Source: Tubiluchus corallicola (taxonomy: Eukaryota; Animalia; Priapulida). From it: a stretch of DNA of 64,000 bases. Below are positions 1 to 8,659 of this stretch, piece after piece. The stretch lies in NCBI GenBank assembly GCA_030141605.1, contig JAQGDQ010000304.1, positions 62,001 through 126,000 of the forward strand, written 5' to 3'. The stretch's first letter is position 1. The number at the start of each line of letters is the position of its first letter. The notes below the pieces were generated by a model. That model worked only from the letters and a program-made list of their open reading frames with translations. It did not search any database and had not been told where the DNA came from. Position numbers and translations under genes: made by a program.

Positions 1-1961
1 GAAGACTCATACATCTCTTCCAAAAAACTCCTATCCTGAGCTATCTTGTACACTTCCAGATTTTGCCAGGCATACCATGGTGCCGATGAAGTCAACATCC
101 CATCATGCTCTATAATCTCATCCAGATAAGAACCCGTACGGTAATTAATATAACCATTCTCATACTGCCGCTCACTATAAACCCGCTGAGAATTCATAGC
201 ACTTTCAGGATCCAGGTAAGCATAGGCTAACATCGTAATACTCTCATGAAAAACCTGTCCCCCATGCCCCCATCCCCATGTAGGCTCACGCGAAAAAACA
301 TAATAATTATAAGAAGACTTCCCCTCTGGAGGATAAAACACCTGCCTCATCATGTTAAAACTACTGTAATACAGATATTTCTCATCCAGGCTTTTGAAAG
401 GTATCTCTCTTATATTACTAAATAAATCTTCATTATACGCTACATAACTATCCATGCTCTCACTTAGCAACCTCTCTGCCTCTTCAAGCAGCCCCCTCTT
501 CTCCTTCTCTTTCCCTCCCAACACCCTTACAAGTCGCACTTTCTCCTTGCCCTTTCTCCCAACTGTAAAGTTCCTCTTAAAAGCAATAAAACGGGTATAG
601 TTCGTACCTTTTGTATCATCGCCTTTTTCAATAAAATCTTTAAAAACAGACAACGGCATATTGGTCGCCTCACGTGAGTGCATTCCCATTTGCCCTCCAC
701 GGGTACTTGTAACGACATAGCCCAAACATGCAACCTCTTCGCCTTGATTATCCACAAAAAACTTATCATTGACACCATGTGCTATAAGACTATACACTCC
801 CTCTTTTGAATAGTCCCTCCTGTAAACATTATAAATGTCGCCATCTCCATCCCACTCTACTTTATAACCGTCCTGACACCTACTTACTCTTACATTTGTT
901 GGAATAGCCGGTAAATCATAAGCTCTTATATCAATATCCTGCCTCCTGCTTTTTTTTCTATCCAACGCTGTTATATTTGGAACCTTCGCGCTATAAGAAC
1001 CATACTCATCCATCTGCTCATTATAATACACAACAGTATAAACATCACCCTCTCTCACCTTTTCAAAATTTCCCAACTCAATACTGAAATAACCACTCTG
1101 TGGCATACTCTCCTGCGCAATACCCATTAAAGGAGAATTTTCAGTTATAAGCTTGTCCCCATCAATATATAACTGTAACCTTGCTTGAGGAGGACTAGCA
1201 ACCACCCTTTTACCATCCTTTAGAGCCCTGCCATTTACTTTGAAAACGCTCTCCCTGTCTATATAAACCCCGAATGGATACAAAAAATCCTCTTTCTTAT
1301 CAAAACAATGATACGCACCTTCAGAATCTGCCACTTTCGACAATAACAGAACATTTTGTACGCTGTCTGCATGTGGCAGCTTATGATGCAATGTCCAGCT
1401 ATCAGGATAATTTTCATGAAAAAAATGAACTCCATTAGTCGCTACAGAAAAATCAACATTATTAAAATCCCTGTAATCATTACTCATAAAAGGAAATAAC
1501 TCTATTTCAATATCCTTCCCCGTCTCATTGTGAATAGTAACATCCATTATTGAAGCACTACTGCTTTGTACAAGAAAAGCAACCTCCGCTTTAACTCCCT
1601 TAAATGGATAATAATGGAAAATAACCATATCTGGATAAGACATAGATATAACAGGTTCCATGTACATATCCTGCAGCTTATAGACCCACTTACCCTCTTT
1701 CTTAAAGCCCAGGTAAATATTACCTCCTTTCTGGGATGTGAACCCAATGCCCTTATCTTTCTCATAAAAACGGAATTCATACCCCTGGTCCAAAACAAAA
1801 TTAGACCGCTCCATCGCTGCTGCATAAGTAGTATACAAAGGTGTATGCTTATCAGCTTCAAGACTTGAAAGAAAAGGCTTGCCACTTTTATTACAACCTG
1901 GCAAAAACAAAACAACACCCAGTACAATCAGGATAGCTTTAGCTTTACAGTTCATTTTCAT
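1..1961 (-). CDS. Lipoprotein glycoside hydrolase, MGH1/GH63- or trehalase-like (alpha/alpha)6 barrel with an Fn3-like segment; 3'-partial (runs off the left edge)
   Basis: Hand-translated open frame from ATG 1961 to base 1, absent from the ORF track because no stop lies in the window. Starts MKMNCKAKAILIVLGVVLFLPGC (lipobox), has Fn3-like LPAIPTNVRV..YKVEWDG..YNVYRR, then YVFSREPTWGWGHGGQVFHESITMLAYAYLDPESAMNSQRVY..SSAPWYAWQNLEVYKIAQDRSFLEEMY. Family assignment is by motif resemblance only. Confidence 0.8.
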   Translation of the reverse strand, partial: MKMNCKAKAILIVLGVVLFLPGCNKSGKPFLSSLEADKHTPLYTTYAAAMERSNFVLDQGYEFRFYEKDKGIGFTSQKGGNIYLGFKKEGKWVYKLQDMYMEPVISMSYPDMVIFHYYPFKGVKAEVAFLVQSSSASIMDVTIHNETGKDIEIELFPFMSNDYRDFNNVDFSVATNGVHFFHENYPDSWTLHHKLPHADSVQNVLLLSKVADSEGAYHCFDKKEDFLYPFGVYIDRESVFKVNGRALKDGKRVVASPPQARLQLYIDGDKLITENSPLMGIAQESMPQSGYFSIELGNFEKVREGDVYTVVYYNEQMDEYGSYSAKVPNITALDRKKSRRQDIDIRAYDLPAIPTNVRVSRCQDGYKVEWDGDGDIYNVYRRDYSKEGVYSLIAHGVNDKFFVDNQGEEVACLGYVVTSTRGGQMGMHSREATNMPLSVFKDFIEKGDDTKGTNYTRFIAFKRNFTVGRKGKEKVRLVRVLGGKEKEKRGLLEEAERLLSESMDSYVAYNEDLFSNIREIPFKSLDEKYLYYSSFNMMRQVFYPPEGKSSYNYYVFSREPTWGWGHGGQVFHESITMLAYAYLDPESAMNSQRVYSERQYENGYINYRTGSYLDEIIEHDGMLTSSAPWYAWQNLEVYKIAQDRSFLEEMYES

Positions 1962-1981
1962 CCAATCAAATACTTAGTCGA

Positions 1982-2371
1982 CTACTTAATAATAATAAAT
2001 TGTGATGTACGGCCATCATTTAATATCAGATAAGGTGTCTCAAGCACCTCACTCTTGGCAGCACCCTTTTCTGCATACAGATAAAATATACCTGCTCCTT
2101 TCTTTTCCAAATCATCTGCTACAAAATATACTTTCCCCTCTTCATCAGTAACCTTAGCAGCCAGTGCATTTGCTCTGCTCTCCCCATCATCCCGTGAGCC
2201 ATACAACTCCACTGAAGCCCCTGTTACAGTACTTTCATCATCGTACTGCACTATTACCTGCAATTCCGGAGGCGTAAGATCCCCCACTGCCTCCTGCCTA
2301 AAAGTTCTGTTACAGCTTGCCAAAACAAGCCAGAAAACAAACAGTACTGCAAAATACCTTATATACTTCAT
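1982..2371 (-). CDS. Small PUL-associated lipoprotein (predicted beta-sandwich, carboxypeptidase-regulatory/prealbumin-like)
   Basis: 129 aa ORF with signal peptide and lipobox LVLASC; motif GASVELY...KVTDEEGKVYF; tightly packed between susD and the hydrolase. Confidence 0.75.
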   Translation of the reverse strand: MKYIRYFAVLFVFWLVLASCNRTFRQEAVGDLTPPELQVIVQYDDESTVTGASVELYGSRDDGESRANALAAKVTDEEGKVYFVADDLEKKGAGIFYLYAEKGAAKSEVLETPYLILNDGRTSQFIIIK

Positions 2372-2416
2372 GATGATAACTTATTATAATTTTAATATAA
2401 ATTGTACAAGTTGCTA

Positions 2417-3955
2417 TTATTGCTCATTACCTGCTCCTCCGAATGTGTATATGGGCAGACCGTGCAAATTTGATTCCTGAGCAGGCATAGGCAAATGCCT
2501 TACCGTTCCATCCTGCAAATCATCACTTCTCCTCCTGTCAAACCAGCCCAATAGCGGATAAGTGAGCAAAAGCTCTACATATCTCTCATAAAATAGCTTA
2601 TCCAGTATATCAGCATCCCCATCTGTTGCAAGAGGCAGTCCCCCTATGCTCCTGGTCTTATTAATAAGCGCTGCCGCACCAGATTTACCCTGCCTTATCA
2701 ACGCTTCCGCATGCAACAAATCACTCTCAGACTTCATCATAAACTTTATGGTAAACCTGTTCTCCACAGGATAGAAGCTGTCAAAAAGACGCTTGTATCT
2801 ATAATGCGACAATATATGATACCCACGTGACGATGCCTGCGCTGCCCAGGGAATAGCAGCACTACCACTATTAGGATCAACAACATATTCCATATAGTCA
2901 AAAAACCGACTATCATTACAATTATCTACAGGAGATAACTCCGTAACTCCTGAAGGAAAAGGAAATTGTGCGCTCTCAGGGGATGTATCTCCTGCCATCA
3001 TGTTAATAATTTTCTGACTGACACGATGCCATCCCCACACATGCGTATCATGATAGCTAAAGTTATCCCTATCTATCGCTATTCCACTAGTTCCATACTC
3101 ACCTTTCGCTTCCACCTGAAAATCGCTTTGTATACCCTTTGCTGCTAGTAACTCTACCTTTTCCCAATCAACACTGGCAATACCCGCTTTGTCACGTGGA
3201 GCATAAGCCAGGAACCTTGCCGCAGTTGTTGCTGCAAATTGAGCCAGTGTAACATTGGTAAATGCATCCATCTCTGGAAACATTACATAGCCATCCGTAA
3301 AGTTATTACTTTCACAAATATCTATCGCTTTTTCCAGACGCTCTACTGCAAAATCTATCAGATCCTGGTAAGTAGCAGGCCGGGAATAATCATAAGCCTC
3401 AAGATTACTGTTTTCATCAACAATATATCCCTTGTCATACAACAGCCCCAGATGGCCATGTAGCAGTCCCTGCAATATGTATCCATGAGCCAAAACAGAC
3501 TGTGTGTAATCTACTCCCCCTATTTCAACCTTTACCTCCTCCTCAACTATCTTTCTCACTATTGAATTGGGATATGCTGTAAGAGGATAGTACCCCATCC
3601 AGCCTCCATAAACAGGGAATAACACAAAATCAACCCCGTCAGGATTTGGCACCGACTCTCTAGGCAACTGATAATATGGAGCAGACCCCCATGAACCATA
3701 GCCCGTTATTGTGTAATCAGATGCAGGGGAAAGTGCAAAATTGGGATTGTTCCCAATTGATGTATTCCACCAGCCCTTGTATGTTCCACTCAATGCACCT
3801 GGAAAATTATGGACATTTCCCAGCACATAATCTATATCAGGATTATTATAATTCGGCACATCCAGGTCGGAAAAGAAATTACATGCACTTGCCAGCAGCA
3901 AAACGACTATCCCTACTGCTACTACTCTTTTATATATAAAGTTTTTAACTCGCAT
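2417..3955 (-). CDS. susD: SusD/RagB-family nutrient-binding outer membrane lipoprotein
   Basis: 512 aa with lipobox LLASAC, directly downstream of susC; SusD-type C-terminal motifs ESDLLHAEALIR, INKTRSIGGL, LFYERYVELL..GWFDRRR, HLPMPAQE. Confidence 0.9.
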   Translation of the reverse strand: MRVKNFIYKRVVAVGIVVLLLASACNFFSDLDVPNYNNPDIDYVLGNVHNFPGALSGTYKGWWNTSIGNNPNFALSPASDYTITGYGSWGSAPYYQLPRESVPNPDGVDFVLFPVYGGWMGYYPLTAYPNSIVRKIVEEEVKVEIGGVDYTQSVLAHGYILQGLLHGHLGLLYDKGYIVDENSNLEAYDYSRPATYQDLIDFAVERLEKAIDICESNNFTDGYVMFPEMDAFTNVTLAQFAATTAARFLAYAPRDKAGIASVDWEKVELLAAKGIQSDFQVEAKGEYGTSGIAIDRDNFSYHDTHVWGWHRVSQKIINMMAGDTSPESAQFPFPSGVTELSPVDNCNDSRFFDYMEYVVDPNSGSAAIPWAAQASSRGYHILSHYRYKRLFDSFYPVENRFTIKFMMKSESDLLHAEALIRQGKSGAAALINKTRSIGGLPLATDGDADILDKLFYERYVELLLTYPLLGWFDRRRSDDLQDGTVRHLPMPAQESNLHGLPIYTFGGAGNEQ

Positions 3956-3988
3956 GACTTTTATGTTATAATATTACTTTAACAATCA

Positions 3989-6900
3989 CTAAAATTTAAG
4001 TGTTACTGTAGCTGCTACATTACTGTACATAGGGTGTGAGGAAATATCAAAACGCGCAACCGTTGCCGATAAATCGTCTAGGTTTGAACTCGTAGTCGGA
4101 TTAGGGTCATAACCCGAATACTTTGTCAATACAAACAGGTTTCTAGCCACTATGCCAAGCTTTAGCTCTTTAATGGAAAGGCTCTCCAGATTAAATGTGT
4201 ACCCTGCAGAAATCTCCTGCAATCTTAAGTGTGTGGCATCCTCCACAAAATACTCATTATTCCACGCTCCTAACCCTTGAAAATATGCAAACGGCTTCTT
4301 CTCATTTTCAGGTAACCCCGATTGATCCAAAGGATGCCCTACCTGGTTCAACATAGAATACCTTCTCATATGATTGTAAACATCTCCTCCGTGCTGATAG
4401 GTAAACAGAGCATATACTGAGAACCCTTTATAGGAAAATGTCGTATTAAAATTAAGATTAAAATCAGGAAAAGTATTTCCAATTTTTCTCTCTATAAAAT
4501 TTCCATCATCATCTTTTATCTGTATAGGTGTCTCCTTGGGTGTACCTATCTCGCTACTTCTCGTTACATAACCATGATTATTTATCACAAAATAATCCTC
4601 CACCCGACCTCCGGCAGGCACTTGATTAGCCACATCATCAAGAGAACGCGCAAACACACGCCCGTACATATCTCCAACACTAGCCCCCTCTTCAACTCTG
4701 AACAAACCACCAGACACAAGAGCAAACCCGCCAGGAACATGCAACTCCACTATCTTCTGTCTTACCCTGTCAAACGTAAACCCAGCATCCCATGTAAAAT
4801 CGTTCTTGCTAATAAGATTAGCGTTCAATACCGCCTCCCATACGTTAGTCCTTAAATTCCCCGCATTTTGGTATTGTGTTAAAAACCCTGATGTAGCAGA
4901 AACTGGCACAGGCATAATCTGGTTTTTGTTATTTGTTAGTGCATAGGTAAGAGAAAAGTTAAATCTATTCAAAAATGAAACATCAAACCCTGTCTCTATC
5001 TCATCAGATACCCATGGCTGCAAGTTACTATTTCCCTTCACCTTAGGTGAAGAAACAGCACCGTTACTCAACTCTACCACCTCATACTGAGCCTCAAAAG
5101 GCGGGCGTAGCCCCGCCGTACCATAAGAAAGCCTTAGCTTTAGCTCATCTACCCCCTCTATTTTAAAATCCTCCGATACCCGATACGCACCGGATACTCT
5201 GTAAAACGGATTCCACCTCACATCTGAACCAAAGAGAGATACACCGTCATACCGCAATAAAGCATCAAAAATATACCTGTCTTTATAATCCAGAAACACC
5301 ACCCCCGAAAGGTTATTTGCAACTACCAGATACTCATAAGACCCAACGCTTAGCGTTGAAGGATCTGCCAGATCCAACGAACGTATAGTCATCCCCCCTA
5401 CAGCTAAGTTGCTGCCACTCCCGAAACTTGACTCATAAGCATTGTATTCATATAAATATTGCAATTTCCCTCTTACTGTAAAATCCCCTATCCGCTTTTT
5501 AATCATAGAGTCAAACTGCAAGGTTTGTGCATTTGTGATACTGTTCGACTTACTTATACTTCCGGTAGAGCGTGTTGTAGTTCCATCTCTTTGTGGGTTT
5601 AATTTCCCTTTGGGAGTCAAGTAAAATGAACTGCTCGCCGCATAATCTACTCCATAAGCAAACTTAAAATCAAGATAATCAACAGGTTTAAACTCCAAAG
5701 CATAATTCCCTATAAACCGGCTTCGTTTTGTTTCGTTCACCTGATTACTAATAGCATAAAGAGGATTTTCTATATGCTTATTTATTTGATTGGGATTTAC
5801 CAGATAAGGAGAGCCGTCCAGGTTATCTTGCAAAAAATCAACATCAGGATCAGCATAATACACCTGGTCCCACCCAAAATTTCTGTTATCTCTATTGGAT
5901 ATCGTATAATTATTAGATGCGGAAATATTAAGATGCTCCTTAATAGAGTGATCTAGATTTGCCTTAAAAGACATACGGTCAAACCCCTCATTTATCTTTA
6001 TAATATCAGGCTCATGTGTATACTGAGCAGATGTATAAATACCTGTTTTACCATCATCACTATTTCCTCTAAAGGAGATAGTATTCATCGTTTGTAATTT
6101 ATTCTCAAAAAGCTGACTATTTACATTTGTAGTTTTAGGATATACATTATCAAATATTCCATCCGCTGCCAGTTTATCGTAATTAACCTTCCCATCTTCA
6201 ATTATATACTGCGTAGCCTTCGTTTTAGGTGGCACATACCCTATAAAATTTGTTCCCATCTGGCTCCTGATAATTACTTCAGATGTTCCACTTCTCATAC
6301 TACGGCCTCTCTTGGTAACAATATTGATAACGCCATTTGCAGCTCTTGAACCGTACAGAGAAGAAGCTGCTGCTCCTTTTACAACCTCTATCTTCTCAAC
6401 ATCATCCATATTAATATCCGACAGTGAACCGTCAGACAATGTACCATCAATTATTATCAAGGGAGAAGAAGTTCCAAATATTGCTGTAGCTCCTCTCAGC
6501 TGTATTTCAGGATCCTCACCTGGTGCCCCTGATGCCTGTGTAATCTTTATTCCTGCCATCTTACCTGCCAAAGATGTCCCAACATTGACAGCGGGAACCT
6601 CATCCAGCAGATCATCATTAACTGACTCAACCGTAAACCCTAGCTTCTTTTTAGATGTCGCGCTCCCTACCCCTGTTACTACCACCTCATCCAGATCAAC
6701 AGCACCACTTCTCATCACCACATCAATAGAGGTTTGTCCACCAATAACAAACTCCTGTGGCGCCATTCCAATAAATGAAAACTGCAACTTCTCGCCATCT
6801 TTAGGAACACTCAGGTAATACTGGCCATCCACATCAGTAACCACACCGGTAGTCGTACCCATAATAAACACAGTTACTCCAGGTAGTGGCTCTCCAGACT

Positions 6901-7318
6901 CATCTGTTACCTTACCGGAAACACTCTTTGTCTGATCTTGTTGCTTGCTAGCAGCCTGAGGAAATAAAACAATCTTACGATCTGCTATCTCAAACCCTAC
7001 ATTACTCCCTTCAAAAAGTTGTGCTAATACGCTCTTTATACTAACATTATCTGCATTAATATCAACTCTGCGATTGGTGTCAATCAACTTCTCATTGTAC
7101 AGAAAGAAAAACTCGCTATCACTCTCAATCTTATCAAGAACATCCTCTACCCGAGCATCCATCATCGTAAGTGAAATACTGGCCGACTGCGAATAGGCAC
7201 CCCCTGCTGTCACATGCATTATCCCAAGAAAAAAGATAAACAACGCTGCACCCATAACTTTTTCGATCTTTATAATGGAGTAATTACTCAACCCATTAAA
7301 TACCCGATTGCTTTTCAT
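3989..7318 (-). CDS. susC: SusC/RagA TonB-dependent transporter with N-terminal STN signalling domain
   Basis: 1109 aa: STN domain (ISLTMMDARVEDVLDKIESDSEFFFLYN), carboxypeptidase-like domain (VSGKVTDESGEPLPGVTV), TonB box LDEVVVTG, plug motif DVEKIEVVKGAAASSLYGSRAANGVINIVTKRG, C-terminal F. Confidence 0.96.
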   Translation of the reverse strand: MKSNRVFNGLSNYSIIKIEKVMGAALFIFFLGIMHVTAGGAYSQSASISLTMMDARVEDVLDKIESDSEFFFLYNEKLIDTNRRVDINADNVSIKSVLAQLFEGSNVGFEIADRKIVLFPQAASKQQDQTKSVSGKVTDESGEPLPGVTVFIMGTTTGVVTDVDGQYYLSVPKDGEKLQFSFIGMAPQEFVIGGQTSIDVVMRSGAVDLDEVVVTGVGSATSKKKLGFTVESVNDDLLDEVPAVNVGTSLAGKMAGIKITQASGAPGEDPEIQLRGATAIFGTSSPLIIIDGTLSDGSLSDINMDDVEKIEVVKGAAASSLYGSRAANGVINIVTKRGRSMRSGTSEVIIRSQMGTNFIGYVPPKTKATQYIIEDGKVNYDKLAADGIFDNVYPKTTNVNSQLFENKLQTMNTISFRGNSDDGKTGIYTSAQYTHEPDIIKINEGFDRMSFKANLDHSIKEHLNISASNNYTISNRDNRNFGWDQVYYADPDVDFLQDNLDGSPYLVNPNQINKHIENPLYAISNQVNETKRSRFIGNYALEFKPVDYLDFKFAYGVDYAASSSFYLTPKGKLNPQRDGTTTRSTGSISKSNSITNAQTLQFDSMIKKRIGDFTVRGKLQYLYEYNAYESSFGSGSNLAVGGMTIRSLDLADPSTLSVGSYEYLVVANNLSGVVFLDYKDRYIFDALLRYDGVSLFGSDVRWNPFYRVSGAYRVSEDFKIEGVDELKLRLSYGTAGLRPPFEAQYEVVELSNGAVSSPKVKGNSNLQPWVSDEIETGFDVSFLNRFNFSLTYALTNNKNQIMPVPVSATSGFLTQYQNAGNLRTNVWEAVLNANLISKNDFTWDAGFTFDRVRQKIVELHVPGGFALVSGGLFRVEEGASVGDMYGRVFARSLDDVANQVPAGGRVEDYFVINNHGYVTRSSEIGTPKETPIQIKDDDGNFIERKIGNTFPDFNLNFNTTFSYKGFSVYALFTYQHGGDVYNHMRRYSMLNQVGHPLDQSGLPENEKKPFAYFQGLGAWNNEYFVEDATHLRLQEISAGYTFNLESLSIKELKLGIVARNLFVLTKYSGYDPNPTTSSNLDDLSATVARFDISSHPMYSNVAATVTLKF

Positions 7319-7356
7319 ATGAACCTATAATATTAATAATAAAAGTATATCCTACT

Positions 7357-7384
7357 CAGGAAAGCCTGCAAAACAGCTCTCCTG
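7357..7384 (-). promoter_or_regulatory. Stem-loop between fecR and susC (possible attenuator or processing hairpin)
   Basis: Minus strand reads CAGGAGAGC-TGTTTTGCAG-GCTTTCCTG, a 9-bp stem with one G:U pair, about 40 nt upstream of the susC ATG. Confidence 0.45.
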
Positions 7385-7440
7385 TCTCTTACAAACTATT
7401 TTGACATCACTATCACAAACTTTTATACACTCAAACCTGT

Positions 7441-8445
7441 TCATGACTTATATATAATAACCTGTTTGCGCCTAAACACTCCATCTTCCATCTTTGCTCC
7501 ATCTATAATCTTGTAACCTATAGGTGATGTCTTTTTCAAAAACATAAGAACCTCCTCTATAGAATTATTCTGAAACACTCCACGAAAAGAATATTGCTCA
7601 AGCTCCTTATCTTCAACTACTATGTCAATATTATACCATCGCTCCAACCTGTTTACAAGCTTTTGCATCGGGTCCCCTCTAAATACCAGCATCCCCTCCT
7701 TCCATGCCATAAACATGTCAGGCTTCGTCACGCTAAGAGACACCTCACTGTTGTTACAAACCAACCGCCCGTTTGGCTTCAACACATAAAAAGTATCCTG
7801 TTTCGACAAGTAACACTCCACCTCTCCTTCAACCAAAACAACTTCGGAGTAACTATCCTCAGGATAGGAAGAGAAGTTAAACTTTGTTCCGGTAACCTTA
7901 ACCCTTAAATCTTTTCCGGTAACTGAAAACGGACTCGCAGGATTATAAGCTACCTCCATATAAGCCTCCCCCGATAGATTAACATCTCTTGTCTTTCTAA
8001 ACGGCAAACTATAAATTAGCTTGGAATCACTGTTTAACCAACCAATAGTTCCATCAGGTAAGGTAAATCTGACTTTAGCTCCCGGAGGTGACACTATCAC
8101 TGCTGCTGCTTGATTATCAGAAAACTCATAACTGTCTGAATGTAGCTTTCCTACCAGATAAGCAATTCCTATAGACAACGGAATAAGGAGAATAGCTGCA
8201 GCAGTATAATACCACCGAACCAGCTTAGCCCGAAAGCGCTTCCCCAAATAACTATCTCTTACCCTTATAGCGTGATGTATTCTGGAAAGCACATGGTCTG
8301 GCGCCTCATACTTATCCATTTTTGCCTCCATCTCACGCATAAAACCTTCACGTAAGCACTCCTTAATAACAGAATTCTCCTCACTACATGACAACTCAAT
8401 CTGTGCAAACTCCACCTCCTTCTTTGACGCTTTTCCTTTAGAATA
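7441..8445 (-). CDS. fecR: FecR-family anti-sigma factor, apparently missing its first few codons at the junction
   Basis: TM helix WYYTAAAILLIPLSIGIAYL; FecR motifs FTLPDGTIGWLNSDSKL, VNLSGEAYMEV, VKVTGTKFN; C-terminal domain AWKEGMLVFR..LERWYNIDI. FecR-like sequence begins at YSKGKASKKEVE (Tyr at 8445). The 15 upstream codons from TTG 8490 are T-rich, contain no ATG and do not resemble FecR. Confidence 0.9.
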   Translation of the reverse strand, partial: YSKGKASKKEVEFAQIELSCSEENSVIKECLREGFMREMEAKMDKYEAPDHVLSRIHHAIRVRDSYLGKRFRAKLVRWYYTAAAILLIPLSIGIAYLVGKLHSDSYEFSDNQAAAVIVSPPGAKVRFTLPDGTIGWLNSDSKLIYSLPFRKTRDVNLSGEAYMEVAYNPASPFSVTGKDLRVKVTGTKFNFSSYPEDSYSEVVLVEGEVECYLSKQDTFYVLKPNGRLVCNNSEVSLSVTKPDMFMAWKEGMLVFRGDPMQKLVNRLERWYNIDIVVEDKELEQYSFRGVFQNNSIEEVLMFLKKTSPIGYKIIDGAKMEDGVFRRKQVIIYKS

Positions 8446-8659
8446 CAAGACACTATGAAGCAAATACACGAAAAAATAAAAGAAATTCAAAAGCAGGAAT
8501 TACAAGAAAACTGTACACAAGTGACACACAAACAAAACATGCAATCTAAAAACACTAGACAAAAAAGAGCCAATTTTACAAAAACTGTAAGACTGCTCAA
8601 CATACATTAAAAAGTACAGAATTAAGATCGAATTTCATAATAAAACAATTGAGCACCAG

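Noticed and set aside
527-1927. ORF-track entries 527-778, 1547-1927 and 1566-1868
   Set aside because: Off-frame or antisense shadows of the long glycoside hydrolase frame 1-1961.
2966-7908. Plus-strand ORFs over susD, susC and fecR (e.g. 6312-6818, 168 aa)
   Set aside because: Antisense to well-supported genes, with no recognisable motifs.
8446-8490. TTG start and MNFFYFFVYLLHSVL extension of FecR
   Set aside because: Low-complexity T-rich codons unlike FecR N-termini; interpreted as non-bacterial sequence across the junction.
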